Source of the DNA: Gammaproteobacteria bacterium
Lineage (GTDB): Bacteria; Pseudomonadota; Gammaproteobacteria; UBA9214
DNA length: 47,092 bases
Direction: 5' to 3'
Assembly: GCA_035527955.1 (NCBI GenBank)
Contig: DATKZN010000345.1
Location: 1 to 47,092 of the forward strand
Shown here: positions 17,559-26,067 of the stretch, piece after piece
Numbering within the stretch: the first letter of the stretch is position 1
Layout of the letters: each line of letters begins with the position of its first letter
Notes under the pieces: generated by a model
Told to the model about the DNA's origin: nothing
Seen by the model: only the letters and a program-made list of their open reading frames with translations
The model's database searches: none
Translations under genes and position numbers: made by a program

Positions 17559-17966
17559 ATGTACCGTGTCACGAAGTCCGTTGCGTTTTGCTATGGCCAT
17601 CGTCTGCTTAATTATGGCGGCAAGTGCAGGCACTTGCACGGTCACAATGCGCGTGCAGTGATTACCCTGGAGAGCGATGAACTGGATGACCGGGGCATGG
17701 TCGAAGATTTCAGCGAACTCAAGCGGGTGGCGGGGGGCTGGCTGGACGAGGAAATCGATCACACGCTATTGCTATGCCGTGATGATCCGCTGCTGCCGCT
17801 GTTGCAGGATGCCGGCGAGCGGGTGCGCGTCACGGATGACAACCCGACTGCCGAGGTCATCGCGCGCATGATCTTCGAGTACCTGGCCGGCAGTGGATTC
17901 CCGGTGGTCGAGGTGGCCTTATGGGAAACCGATACGAGTTATGCAAGCTATCGTCCCGGCCAGTGA
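17559..17966 (+). CDS. queD: 6-carboxy-5,6,7,8-tetrahydropterin synthase (6-pyruvoyl-tetrahydropterin synthase family)
   Basis: 135 aa. FCYGHRLLNYGGKCRHLHGHN carries the Cys/His zinc and catalytic motif of the PTPS/QueD family. Confidence 0.85.
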   Translation: MYRVTKSVAFCYGHRLLNYGGKCRHLHGHNARAVITLESDELDDRGMVEDFSELKRVAGGWLDEEIDHTLLLCRDDPLLPLLQDAGERVRVTDDNPTAEVIARMIFEYLAGSGFPVVEVALWETDTSYASYRPGQ

Positions 17967-17979
17967 TGCGTTGGAACAC

Positions 17980-19053
17980 ATGCTGACCATGCTGCGTACT
18001 GATTACCGCTCCCTGATCCCGGGCCTGCTGCGCAAGCCAGGCCGGTGGCTGGTGCTGTTGCTCTGGGTGGTGCTGATGCCGCTGTCGGCGGCCGAGGAGG
18101 ATCACCTGCTGTTCGATGACCAGCCGCTGGAAGAGCCCTTGAGCTATCCGGACTGGTTCAAGCTAAGTTTTCTCGACCTGAGCGAGGACCTGCGGGAGGT
18201 GCGCGAGACGGGCAAGGACGGCCTGATTGTCTACTTCGGACAGAAGTACTGTGCCTACTGCCGCCAGTTCCTGGAAAAGGACCTGATGAAGGAGGATATC
18301 CGGGCCTACCTGCAGGATCACTTCGACATCATCGGCATCGATATTCACGGGCAGAACACCGTTACCGATCTCGAGGGGGCGGTACTCGACGAGCACCAGT
18401 TCGCATCACGCGAACGAACCAATTTCACACCCTCGATTGTCTTCTATGACCAGGACGGCGAGGAGGCGCTGCGCCTGCGCGGCTACTATCCCCCGTACCG
18501 GTTTCGCGCAGCGCTGGAATTTGTCGCGGATGGGCATTATCGCCACGAGGAGTTCCGTGATTATCTCGCCCGTGCGGACGTACCGCTGGTATTCGAGCCC
18601 GGCGACCTGAGCGAGGAATCCTTCTTCATTCCCGGACCGTACATGCTCGATCGCAGTCGTATTCCCGGTGAGCGCCCCCTGCTGGTGATATTCGAGCAGG
18701 GCAATTGCCATGCCTGCGACGTGCTGCACACCGGGCCCCTGCAGGAGCCCGGGATCCGGCGTCGCATCGGGCAGCTGGAAGTCGTGCAGCTTTCGTACTG
18801 GGAAGATACGCCGGTGGTCACACCCTCCGGCGAGCGCACCACGGCCCGCAAGTGGGCGGAAGAAATGCGGCTGTTCTACACCCCGACCCTGTTATTTTTC
18901 GATCCCGGCGGGGCCGAGATTATCCGCGTGGATTCGGTGGTGCAGTTCTATCGCCTGCAGAATGTGCTCGATTTCATCCTCGAGGGTGGCTACCGGGATT
19001 ACGCGACATTCCAGCGCTGGCGCGATTCACGGGCGCCGCTGCGCTTTAAATAG
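17980..19053 (+). CDS. Periplasmic protein with two thioredoxin-like folds, each with a CxxC
   Basis: Track ORF 17893..19053. Candidate starts are 17941 and 17980, and I cannot tell which is used. Signal peptide is RKPGRWLVLLLWVVLMPLSAAEE. Module 1 is LIVYFGQKYCAYCRQF...FTPSIVFYD and module 2 is LLVIFEQGNCHACDVL...YTPTLLFFD. Confidence 0.7.
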   Translation: MLTMLRTDYRSLIPGLLRKPGRWLVLLLWVVLMPLSAAEEDHLLFDDQPLEEPLSYPDWFKLSFLDLSEDLREVRETGKDGLIVYFGQKYCAYCRQFLEKDLMKEDIRAYLQDHFDIIGIDIHGQNTVTDLEGAVLDEHQFASRERTNFTPSIVFYDQDGEEALRLRGYYPPYRFRAALEFVADGHYRHEEFRDYLARADVPLVFEPGDLSEESFFIPGPYMLDRSRIPGERPLLVIFEQGNCHACDVLHTGPLQEPGIRRRIGQLEVVQLSYWEDTPVVTPSGERTTARKWAEEMRLFYTPTLLFFDPGGAEIIRVDSVVQFYRLQNVLDFILEGGYRDYATFQRWRDSRAPLRFK

Positions 19054-19061
19054 ACCGCCCG

Positions 19062-20282
19062 TCAGTTATCCTGCCAGCGCCTGAAAACCAGGGTGGCATT
19101 GGTGCCGCCGAAGCCGAAACTGTTCGACATCATGATGTTGGCGCCGGCGCTGTCGATGCGCTCGCGGATGATCGGGAAATCCGCGCCCAGCGGGTCGATT
19201 TCGCTGATATTCGCCGAGGCGCAGAGGAAATCCCCCTGCATCATGAGCAGCGAGTAGATCGCCTCGTGCACGCCGGCGGCCCCCAGGGAATGCCCCGACA
19301 GCGCCTTGGTGGAATTGATCCGGGGAATACTGTCACCAAACACGTTGCGTATCGCTTCGAGTTCACGCATGTCGCCGACCGGGGTGCTGGTGCCGTGTGC
19401 GTTGATATAGTCGACCGGTTCGCTGACCGCAGACAGGGCCTGCTGCATGCAGCGTACGGCGCCTTCGCCGGACGGTTGCACCATGTCATAGCCGTCGGAG
19501 GTGGCGCCGTAGCCAACGAGTTCAGCATAGATCTTCGCGCCGCGAGCGCGCGCATGTTCCAGTTCCTCGAGTACCACCACGCCGCCGCCGCCGGCGATGA
19601 CGAAGCCATCACGGGTTGCATCATAGGGCCGGGACGCGGTCTCCGGCGTGTCGTTGTACTTGGATGACAGTGCACCCATGGCATCGAACATCAGCGTCAG
19701 CGTCCAGTGCAGTTCCTCGCCGCCGCCCGCGAACACGATATCCTGTTTGCCGAACTGGATCAGTTCATAGCCGTTACCGATGCAATGCGCGCTGGTGGAG
19801 CAGGCAGAACTGATCGAGTAATTCACACCGCGGATATGGAACGGCGTGGCCAGGCAGGCCGAGTTGGTGCTCGACATGGTGCGCGGCACCATGTACGGGC
19901 CGACCCGGCGAATTCCTTTTTCGCGCAGCGTATCGATTGCCAGTGCCACGTTTTCGGTAGAGGCGCCGCCCGAACCGGCAATCAGGCCGGTGCGGTCATT
20001 GGAAACCATGTCATCGGGCAGTCCGGAGTCCTCGATGGCTTCCTGCATGGCGATGTAATTGTAGGCGGCGCTGTTGCCCATGAAACGCCGCAGCTTGCGG
20101 TCGATCAGGGCGTCCGTATCGATAGCGACCGTACCCGCTACCTGGCTACGGAAGCCAAGTTCCTTGTATTCCTCGATATACTCGATGCCTGAACGACCGT
20201 CACGCAGGGAGTTGCTGACATCCTCCTTGTTGTTGCCAAGACTGGAAACAATGCCGATACCGGTAATGACTACACGACGCAT
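19062..20282 (-). CDS. fabB: Beta-ketoacyl-ACP synthase I
   Basis: The ATG at 20280-20282 gives [18 protein letters not shown]. The active-site region is [12 protein letters not shown], with HGTSTPVGD and [15 protein letters not shown] also present. It lies directly downstream of fabA. Confidence 0.92.
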   Translation of the reverse strand: MRRVVITGIGIVSSLGNNKEDVSNSLRDGRSGIEYIEEYKELGFRSQVAGTVAIDTDALIDRKLRRFMGNSAAYNYIAMQEAIEDSGLPDDMVSNDRTGLIAGSGGASTENVALAIDTLREKGIRRVGPYMVPRTMSSTNSACLATPFHIRGVNYSISSACSTSAHCIGNGYELIQFGKQDIVFAGGGEELHWTLTLMFDAMGALSSKYNDTPETASRPYDATRDGFVIAGGGGVVVLEELEHARARGAKIYAELVGYGATSDGYDMVQPSGEGAVRCMQQALSAVSEPVDYINAHGTSTPVGDMRELEAIRNVFGDSIPRINSTKALSGHSLGAAGVHEAIYSLLMMQGDFLCASANISEIDPLGADFPIIRERIDSAGANIMMSNSFGFGGTNATLVFRRWQDN

Positions 20283-20292
20283 AATCTGAACC

Positions 20293-20832
20293 CTAGAAAT
20301 TGTCAGTGGTGGTAAACAGTCCAACGCGCAGGTTGCTTGCGCTGTATATTACACGCCCGTCCACTTCCATGACTCCATCCGCTATGCCCATGTTCAGCTT
20401 GCGCTGGATGACACGTTTCATGTGGATGCGGTAGGTGATCATCTTGTTTTTCGGTGTTACCTGGCCGCTGAACTTGACTTCCCCGGCGCCGAGTGCGCGT
20501 CCCCGCCCGGGGCTGCCGGCCCAGCCGAGATAGAAGCCGACCAGCTGCCACATGGCGTCCAGGCCCAGGCAGCCAGGCATCACCGGATCGTTCTCGAAAT
20601 GACAGGCGAAGAACCACAGGTCAGGCGTGACATCCAGCTCGGCGATGATATGGCCCTTGCTGTGGTCGCCGCCGTTGTTGCTGATCTGGGCGATCCGGTC
20701 GAACATCAGCATGGGCGGCAGGGGCAGCTGGGCATTGCCGGGTCCGAACAAGCGGGCATGGCCGCAGTCGAGCAAGTCCTCTTTGGTGAAGCTGCTCTTG
20801 CCGGAAGCGCCGGTCTGATCTGATTTTGTCAT
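20293..20832 (-). CDS. fabA: 3-hydroxydecanoyl-ACP dehydratase/isomerase
   Basis: 179 aa with [36 protein letters not shown] and the fabA-fabB pairing. Confidence 0.92.
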   Translation of the reverse strand: MTKSDQTGASGKSSFTKEDLLDCGHARLFGPGNAQLPLPPMLMFDRIAQISNNGGDHSKGHIIAELDVTPDLWFFACHFENDPVMPGCLGLDAMWQLVGFYLGWAGSPGRGRALGAGEVKFSGQVTPKNKMITYRIHMKRVIQRKLNMGIADGVMEVDGRVIYSASNLRVGLFTTTDNF

Positions 20833-20942
20833 GGGCTGGTATCCAGCTGATGTGCGTTGAGAAAAGTCGCCTATTCTAGTCTACTTGGCGGCAAGTCTGA
20901 ACAGCGATGCGGTATTCCAGTCAGGTACGGGACGCAGGGGGA

Positions 20943-21425
20943 TTAATCACGGAAATTGTTGAATTGCAGCGGCAGGTCCAGCCCGGCATTGCGCAAGGTA
21001 CTGATTATTGTCTGTAAATCATCACGGTTTTTGCCGGTGATGCGTACCTTGTCACCCTGGATGCTGCCCTGGACCCTGAGTTTCGATGTTTTGACCAGCT
21101 TGATCAGGTGCCTGGCAGTATCCTGATCAATGCCCTGGCGTACGCTAATCGCCAGGCTGGCCCTGTTGCCGCGACTCTCGATTTCGCCTTCCTCGAGCGC
21201 GGCGATATCGACATCGCGCCTGGCGAGTCTCTGGTGCAGTATGTCGAGGATCTGCCTGACCTGGAACTCGCTGTCGCTATGCACGGTAAGTACCGCATCA
21301 GTGTGCTCAACGCGCGAATCCGTGCCCTTGAAATCGAAACGGTTGCCGACCTCGCGGTTGGTCTGGTCAACGGCGTTGCTGACTTCGTGCATGTTGACTT
21401 CGGAGACGATATCGAATGATGGCAT
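20943..21425 (-). CDS. yajQ: YajQ-family nucleotide (c-di-GMP)-binding protein (UPF0234)
   Basis: 160 aa. MPSFDIVSEVNMHEVSNAVDQTNREVGNRFDFKG is the canonical YajQ N-terminus. Confidence 0.9.
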   Translation of the reverse strand: MPSFDIVSEVNMHEVSNAVDQTNREVGNRFDFKGTDSRVEHTDAVLTVHSDSEFQVRQILDILHQRLARRDVDIAALEEGEIESRGNRASLAISVRQGIDQDTARHLIKLVKTSKLRVQGSIQGDKVRITGKNRDDLQTIISTLRNAGLDLPLQFNNFRD

Positions 21426-21635
21426 GACTGCTCCCGGAAGCGCTCGCTGCGCAGGCTTGTCCGGGCGTGATTATATTCAGTCAGCGGCGGGTAATGCCAT
21501 CCCGCGGTGATGCGCTCACATCCACTTTTGCCATGCGACTGCCTGGCTGCGGTAGCGTGGATGCAGGTTCAGCCAGCCCGGAACGGGCTGGTCAAGGTGG
21601 TTCGAATGTGTTGGGTCCGGGTCCGGCGGTGGCCG

Positions 21636-23135
21636 CTAGTCCCTTCTGCCAAACAGGGCGCGCAACAGTCGCCGCAACATCCCGGGCCCTTCTTCCATAT
21701 ATCCCGCGTCATCGTTTTCATCCAGCATGGCTGATTCCGTCATGGCCTCTGTGGCGGATTCCGTCGTCTCCAGTGCCGGCGGTGAATACGCCTCGACCTG
21801 GTTATCCGCATCAGCCGTGGTGTCCGTATCTGCTGCCGGGCTTGTTATTTCCACTTCTTCGAGATCATACAGGCTGTACGGCGAGGTGATGATAATCGTT
21901 TCCTCGTGTTCGTCTGTGGCAGTGTCCGTGACCAGTGTCGTATCGAAGTGTGCCGCGACTAACGGTTCCATGAGGTCGGTCTCGTCCGGTTCGCTTTCCA
22001 GCACGATTCCGCCGGTGTCCAGCGCCGGCTCGGCATCCAGTTCGGGGGGCGGGTCCAGGGTTGCGATCTCCACGCTTTCGATGTCCGGCAAGGCTTCGTC
22101 CTGCTCCGGACTGAGGAACGAGGCCTTTTGTTCGATCGGCTCAAGCGTCCATTCCATGCCAGGTTCTGCAGTATCCTGTGATTCCTCGTCTATACGGGGT
22201 TCATCCGGTATTGCCCGGTTATCGCCGCTGGCTCTGGCCAGTTTCAGGCTATTGCCTGCAGCGGCGAGCAGGTCATCGAAGCTTGTATCGGGCTGTATGT
22301 CGGGCACGGCAATCCCGATGCTTACGGTAAACCGTACCCGCTTGCCACCGACAATCACGGCATGCTTGCCGATGTCCCCGGTGATTCGTTCGGACAGCTT
22401 GCTGACACCGGCTATGTTCATGCTGGGCAGCAGCAAGGCAAAGCGCGCCGTGCCGGTGCGTGCTGCCATGTCTTCCTTGCGTATATTCGCCGCCAGCGCT
22501 GAGCCGACCGACTTGATAACCAGTTCGCCGGCATCCGTGTCATGCTGTTTGACCAGGTCGCTGAAGCCGTCGATCTCGAGGCTGGCAAGCGCCAGTCCCG
22601 TGTCATGCCGGATCGCGTAGGCCAGTTGCTGGCAACCCTGTTCCATGAAGGCCGTGTCATTCGCAAGGCCGGTCAGCGGATCGACCAGTGACTGGTCTTC
22701 AAGCGAAATATTCTCGTCCGTCAGCTCGTTGTTGACCGAGTAGGAGCTTGCATGTGCCTGGGTACGAGCCAGCAGGTGGACGGAATCGAATGGTTTGCCG
22801 ATGAAGTCGGTGGCACCGGCCGCGGTGGCGCGCTGCATGGTCGTCTCGGAGTCATTTGCCCCGGTAATGATGATGACCGGAATGTTGCTTACATGCGGCA
22901 GGTGCGAACTGCGAATCTTATTCAGCAGACCGAAGCCGTCCAGGTTGGGCATGGTCAGGTCGGAGACGATCAGGGAAAACGGTTCCTGGCTGGTCAGGAT
23001 ATCCCAGGCATTGTTACCATCGACGGCTTCGACGGTATCAAAGTGATTCTGCAGAATCTTGCGGGCGGTGACCCGGATGACCTTGGAGTCGTCAACGATC
23101 AAGAGACGTTGTTTGTTGCCGGAGATCTCGCTCAT
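21636..23135 (-). CDS. Response-regulator receiver + degenerate GGDEF domain + acidic low-complexity tail
   Basis: REC domain: LLIVDDSK, LIVSDLTMPNLDG and FIGKPF. GGDEF-like domain: VDPLTGLAN..., LEIDGFSDL, RKEDMAARTGTARFALLL (GTARF in place of GGDEF) and SIGIA. Residues from about 308 to 484 are extremely Asp/Glu/Thr-rich. The last 15 aa are GMLRRLLRALFGRRD. Confidence 0.88.
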   Translation of the reverse strand: MSEISGNKQRLLIVDDSKVIRVTARKILQNHFDTVEAVDGNNAWDILTSQEPFSLIVSDLTMPNLDGFGLLNKIRSSHLPHVSNIPVIIITGANDSETTMQRATAAGATDFIGKPFDSVHLLARTQAHASSYSVNNELTDENISLEDQSLVDPLTGLANDTAFMEQGCQQLAYAIRHDTGLALASLEIDGFSDLVKQHDTDAGELVIKSVGSALAANIRKEDMAARTGTARFALLLPSMNIAGVSKLSERITGDIGKHAVIVGGKRVRFTVSIGIAVPDIQPDTSFDDLLAAAGNSLKLARASGDNRAIPDEPRIDEESQDTAEPGMEWTLEPIEQKASFLSPEQDEALPDIESVEIATLDPPPELDAEPALDTGGIVLESEPDETDLMEPLVAAHFDTTLVTDTATDEHEETIIITSPYSLYDLEEVEITSPAADTDTTADADNQVEAYSPPALETTESATEAMTESAMLDENDDAGYMEEGPGMLRRLLRALFGRRD

Positions 23136-23417
23136 TTCATGCGCCCGTGGGGTCTATATCGATACATCTGGTGGTATCGGCGACCGGGGGTGTGTCTTTA
23201 GTCGGCCCTGGCCGGGTGAAAATCTGCGCTGCAGTGGCCGTAATCCTGGAAAACCGGCATCTCCCGGGGCAGGGGTGGGCCAGTAGCTGCGGGATTTTCC
23301 ATCCCGGGCCAGCGGAGCAAGACTGCCGGCCGGGCTACAGCTGCAGGCACGCTGGAATTCAGCGGCCGGGCTGCAGTAGTGTAGGCAGTAGCGGACACGG
23401 GATACGAGGAACGATTG

Positions 23418-24818
23418 ATGCTACACATGCTGAACAGGAATATCGCGGCCCTGAGATCGTTCGTCTGGGACGATGATCTGCGTGAGCTGGCCGGAGTGCG
23501 CAGGATCCTGGTTTTCGTGCTGCGTGTCATTCACATGCTGCTACGGGAACTCGTGGGCGGACAACTCAATCTGCGTGCCATGAGTCTTGTCTATACGACC
23601 CTGCTGTCGCTGGTGCCGCTGCTTGCGGTCAGTTTCTCGGTGCTGAAGGGCTTTGGCTATCATCAGCGCCTCGAGCACTACCTGTTCAATATCATGCTTG
23701 AGCCACTCGGGCCGAGCGGGGCCGAAGTGGCAGGGACGATCATCGGCTTCGTCGAGAATGTGAAGGTCGGCATGCTGGGGTCAGTCGGTTTTGCGCTGCT
23801 GATCTATACCGTAATCGCACTGGTCCAGAAGATCGAGTCAGCATTCAACTTTGTCTGGCAGATCGAGCGGCTACGTCCCATGGCGCAGCGCTTCAGCAAC
23901 TATCTCAGCGTGATCACCATTGGGCCGGTGCTGATATTCAGTGCAGTCGGATTTACCGCCACTATCCTGGATACGGAAATCGCCCAGAAGTTGGCCTCGG
24001 TCGAGCCGTTCGGGACCCTGTTTGTTTATCTCAGCCAGATGGTGCCCTACTTCCTGGTCTGCCTGGCATTCACATTCATCTACATAGTCATGCCTAATAC
24101 CCGCGTCCGGTTTCGCGCCGCACTGGTCGGTGGCGTGCTCGCGGGCGTGTTGTGGAAAGTCACCGGCTGGGGCTTTGCTGCATTTATCGCTTCGTCGGCG
24201 AAATATGCTGCCATCTATTCCAGTTTTGCGATCCTCATTTTGCTGCTGATCTGGATGTACCTGAGCTGGCTGATCCTGCTGGTCGGCTCACAGATCAGCT
24301 ATTTCGTGCAGAATCCCAAGTTCATGACCCTGCACCAGGTGCGGTTCGTGCTCAGCAACCGCCTGCGCGAGCAACTGGCACTCCAGCTCATGTATCTGGT
24401 CGGCTACCATCATTTTCATGACAAGCCGCCCTGGAGGCTGGAACAGTTGATCGAGTATCTGGGTCTGCCGGACGAGCCGGTCAGTCGCATACTCCGGGTA
24501 CTGGTCGATACCGGTTACCTGGTCGAATTGCAGGACGAGGACTCCCTGGTCTATCTGCCGCAGCATGACCTCGAAACCATTCGGCTGGCCGAATTAATCG
24601 ACGCCGTACGCGTCGCCGGCGAGAGCCGCTTTCTGAGTTCGGCCCAGATGACTACTGCGGGTGCTGTGAATCAGCTGATGGCAGCACTGGGTCAGGCACT
24701 GCATGACGGTTTGCAGCAACGCACGCTGCGCGACGTGGTGGGGCCGGTCAACGCAGGGCTCGAACCCCCGGTGCCGGCTGGCGACCCGGGTTACTCCAGC
24801 ATGCCAAGTGCGGAGTAG
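23418..24818 (+). CDS. yihY: YihY/BrkB-family inner-membrane protein with a C-terminal winged-helix-like extension
   Basis: The ATG at 23418 follows a gagga RBS by 6 nt. There are multiple TM helices, including LSLVPLLAVSFSVL and YLSWLILLVGSQISY, typical of YihY. The C-terminal 160 aa or so are soluble. Confidence 0.8.
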   Translation: MLHMLNRNIAALRSFVWDDDLRELAGVRRILVFVLRVIHMLLRELVGGQLNLRAMSLVYTTLLSLVPLLAVSFSVLKGFGYHQRLEHYLFNIMLEPLGPSGAEVAGTIIGFVENVKVGMLGSVGFALLIYTVIALVQKIESAFNFVWQIERLRPMAQRFSNYLSVITIGPVLIFSAVGFTATILDTEIAQKLASVEPFGTLFVYLSQMVPYFLVCLAFTFIYIVMPNTRVRFRAALVGGVLAGVLWKVTGWGFAAFIASSAKYAAIYSSFAILILLLIWMYLSWLILLVGSQISYFVQNPKFMTLHQVRFVLSNRLREQLALQLMYLVGYHHFHDKPPWRLEQLIEYLGLPDEPVSRILRVLVDTGYLVELQDEDSLVYLPQHDLETIRLAELIDAVRVAGESRFLSSAQMTTAGAVNQLMAALGQALHDGLQQRTLRDVVGPVNAGLEPPVPAGDPGYSSMPSAE

Positions 24819-25285
24819 GGTGCGCTGGTGCGCTCGATACTGATCCAGGAGGGCAGGTTGCTCCGCATGGCCTGGAACAGGCGTGCCTCGTTCACTTCGG
24901 CACATCCGCGCAAGCCCGGTTGCTGACTGATGCGGTAATACCAGACCGGCTTGCCATCCACGCTGTCGGGGTTCGCCGCCGGGTAAGGCCCGGTGACGCT
25001 CGTGACCTCGCCGGGAATCAGCCTGCTGCCCTCGCACAGCTGCAGGCTCGCCTGGTCGCGGGCCCGTCCGAGCGATATGTGGGTCATGGCGCGTGCGACT
25101 GTTGCGGTTTCCGCAACATTGTCCGGAACCCGGGCCACGTAATGATCGAGGGCCGGATCGGCTGGCGGGATATCACTGGCTGCGATCATGTCCATGACCG
25201 GGAACGGCTGGCGTGATGTGGCGCATCCTTGCAGCCAGCAACAGGTGGTAATCAGCGAAATAATAGCGAGTGTCCGGATTTTCAT
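24791..25285 (-). CDS. Hypothetical lipoprotein
   Basis: The signal peptide/lipobox MKIRTLAIISLITTCCWLQGCAT is the only support. I recognise no family. Its 3' end overlaps the convergent yihY by 28 nt. Confidence 0.55.
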   Translation of the reverse strand: MKIRTLAIISLITTCCWLQGCATSRQPFPVMDMIAASDIPPADPALDHYVARVPDNVAETATVARAMTHISLGRARDQASLQLCEGSRLIPGEVTSVTGPYPAANPDSVDGKPVWYYRISQQPGLRGCAEVNEARLFQAMRSNLPSWISIERTSAPYSALGMLE

Positions 25286-25448
25286 ACAGTTTCCCCCACC
25301 AGGCCTGCGCTGCGGTATGATTTACCGACGCAGTTGTATGACCGGATTCCAGCCTAGTACACCAGCTACCCGGAATCTGTGATCCAGGTGCGAATTCCTG
25401 CATGTAATTCCCTTGCGAATGCCGGGTTTTTATCCGAGAAACAGATAC

Positions 25449-25649
25449 ATGAAGAATACCGGGACTGACATCGAACGCTGTGTTGAACAGCTTTGCCAGC
25501 AGGGTTGTGACAAGGTCTACGAGCACATCGACGCCCTGCGGGCGAATCGGCCGCTCCCGGGGATCGACCCGCTGTCCCCGGCCGAGCGCCAGTTGGTGCT
25601 GGCCGAGCTGCTGTCGATCATGGCTGTCTACGAAAGCGGGTCACGGTGA
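25449..25649 (+). CDS. Hypothetical small protein with CxxxxCxxxC, translationally coupled to yjbQ
   Basis: Track ORF 25413..25649. Possible starts are TTG 25413, ATG 25419 and ATG 25449, none with a strong RBS. The sequence is MKNTGTDIERCVEQLCQQGCDKVYEHIDALRANRPLPGIDPLSPAERQLVLAELLSIMAVYESGSR. Its stop overlaps the yjbQ GTG start (GTGA). Confidence 0.4.
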   Translation: MKNTGTDIERCVEQLCQQGCDKVYEHIDALRANRPLPGIDPLSPAERQLVLAELLSIMAVYESGSR

Positions 25650-26062
25650 TCTATCAGGCTACACTGCAGGTGGGCACCCGCGGTCGGGGCAGTTACCACA
25701 TCACGGACAGGGTGCAGGAGCTGGTGCTGAAGTCACAGGTCGGGAGCGGGCTGTGCCACCTGTTTCTGCAGCATACCAGTGCGTCGCTGGTGATCTGCGA
25801 GAACGCCGATCCGGATGTGCGCGCAGACATGGAACGGTTCATGTCACGGCTGGTACCGGACGGCGATCCACTGTTTGTGCATACCCTGGAAGGACCGGAT
25901 GACATGCCGGCGCATGTGCGCAGCCTGCTGACACATACCGATCTGACCATCCCGGTTGGATCCGGCCACTGTCTGCTCGGTACCTGGCAGGGTATCTATT
26001 TATGGGAACATCGCGCGGCAGGACACCGGCGCGATATCACCGTGACCGTCAGTGGCGACTGA
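25646..26062 (+). CDS. yjbQ: YjbQ/UPF0047-family protein (secondary thiamine-phosphate synthase family)
   Basis: 138 aa with GLCHLFLQHTSASLVICENADPDVRADM and GPDDMPAHVRSLL...GTWQGIYLWEHR, typical of UPF0047. Confidence 0.88.
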   Translation: MIYQATLQVGTRGRGSYHITDRVQELVLKSQVGSGLCHLFLQHTSASLVICENADPDVRADMERFMSRLVPDGDPLFVHTLEGPDDMPAHVRSLLTHTDLTIPVGSGHCLLGTWQGIYLWEHRAAGHRRDITVTVSGD

Positions 26063-26067
26063 TCGGG

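Noticed and set aside
21573-21591. Hairpin ccagcccg-gaa-cgggctgg between the REC-GGDEF gene and yajQ, considered as a terminator.
   Set aside because: It forms an 8-bp stem, but no U-tract follows on the minus strand. I cannot tell a terminator from an incidental GC palindrome, so I did not list it as a feature.
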